NCBI GenBank assembly: GCA_002633005.1
Contig: NMRA01000287.1
Coordinates: 387,507-451,506, forward strand
From: Phoronis australis
Taxonomy: Eukaryota; Animalia; Phoronida
Reading direction: 5' to 3'
DNA: 64,000 nt
Positions within the stretch are counted from its first letter, which is position 1. The number at the start of each line of letters is the position of its first letter. Shown piece by piece: positions 63,562-64,000 of this stretch. Below the pieces are notes generated by a model that was given only the letters and a program-made list of their open reading frames with translations, was not told where the DNA came from and searched no databases. The translations under genes and the position numbers were made by a program.

Positions 63562-64000
63562 TGTCAGACGATTGACTGTGGGTTTCTTTAAAAGGTAGCT
63601 ATGCTTTGAGATTGTGCGTAGATGGAAAGTGAATAATCAAATTCAGTAATTAATTGGTCACAAAGAGTAACTACGCTAGCGCCCTCTTTAAAGATTACTT
63701 TAATCAATCAACCAAAATAATCAATTGTCTTATCTGCTATCCAAGCTAGGACTCTCCACTTGTTGGATGTCTGTCCTGTTGGTGAATCTTCGAACTACAC
63801 ACACTGTATAGCGACAGTGTACTTGTTGGTCACCGTCTCTGGTGATGCAACACTTGCAGGCAATTTCTTCTACCCGCGATTCTTCTTGCTGGTCACCGTC
63901 TCTGGTGATGCAACACTTGCAGGCAATTTCTTCTACCCGCGATTCTTCTTGCTGGTCACAGTCTCTGGCTGATGACGCAACACTTCAGGTAGTACCTTAC
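63562..64000 (-). mobile_element. LTR of the Gmr1-type family (3' portion; runs off the window) with an internal ~63-bp tandem duplication
   Basis: Reverse complement of ~16720-17127, starting TGTCAGACGATTGACTGTGGG; GGTCACCGTCTCTGGTGATGCAACACTTGCAGGCAATTTC... occurs twice here and once in the 16250 LTR. Confidence 0.88.

Overview
AT-rich invertebrate-type animal genomic DNA (spliced genes, transposon-filled introns, a few N gaps); no prokaryotic features. Two + strand multi-exon genes were reconstructed by hand from splice sites and frame continuity. Gene 1 (12 exons, 2673-41739, 5' end not found) encodes about 626 aa: F5/8C (discoidin) - F5/8C - LamG/concanavalin-like - three EAR/EPTP repeats - stop. 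Gene 2 (starts 55696, runs off the 3' end) encodes signal peptide - PAN/apple - Cys-rich linker - EAR/EPTP repeat(s). They form a tandem pair of probably secreted EAR-repeat proteins with unusual domain combinations. Introns and intergenic DNA hold a decayed Gmr1-type Gypsy element (integrase before RT) with related LTRs, some carrying heat-shock elements; a Penelope-like GIY-YIG fragment with a U3-A8 variant minimal hammerhead motif; a 1.6-kb foldback with two convergent tRNA-like promoters; a THAP transposon split by a nested insertion; nested Helentron-like elements with a satellite array; Academ-, Sola-, IS3EU- and EnSpm-like DNA transposons; and an orphan ubiquitin-specific protease His-box fragment. 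All family assignments come from motif recognition by eye, not database searches.
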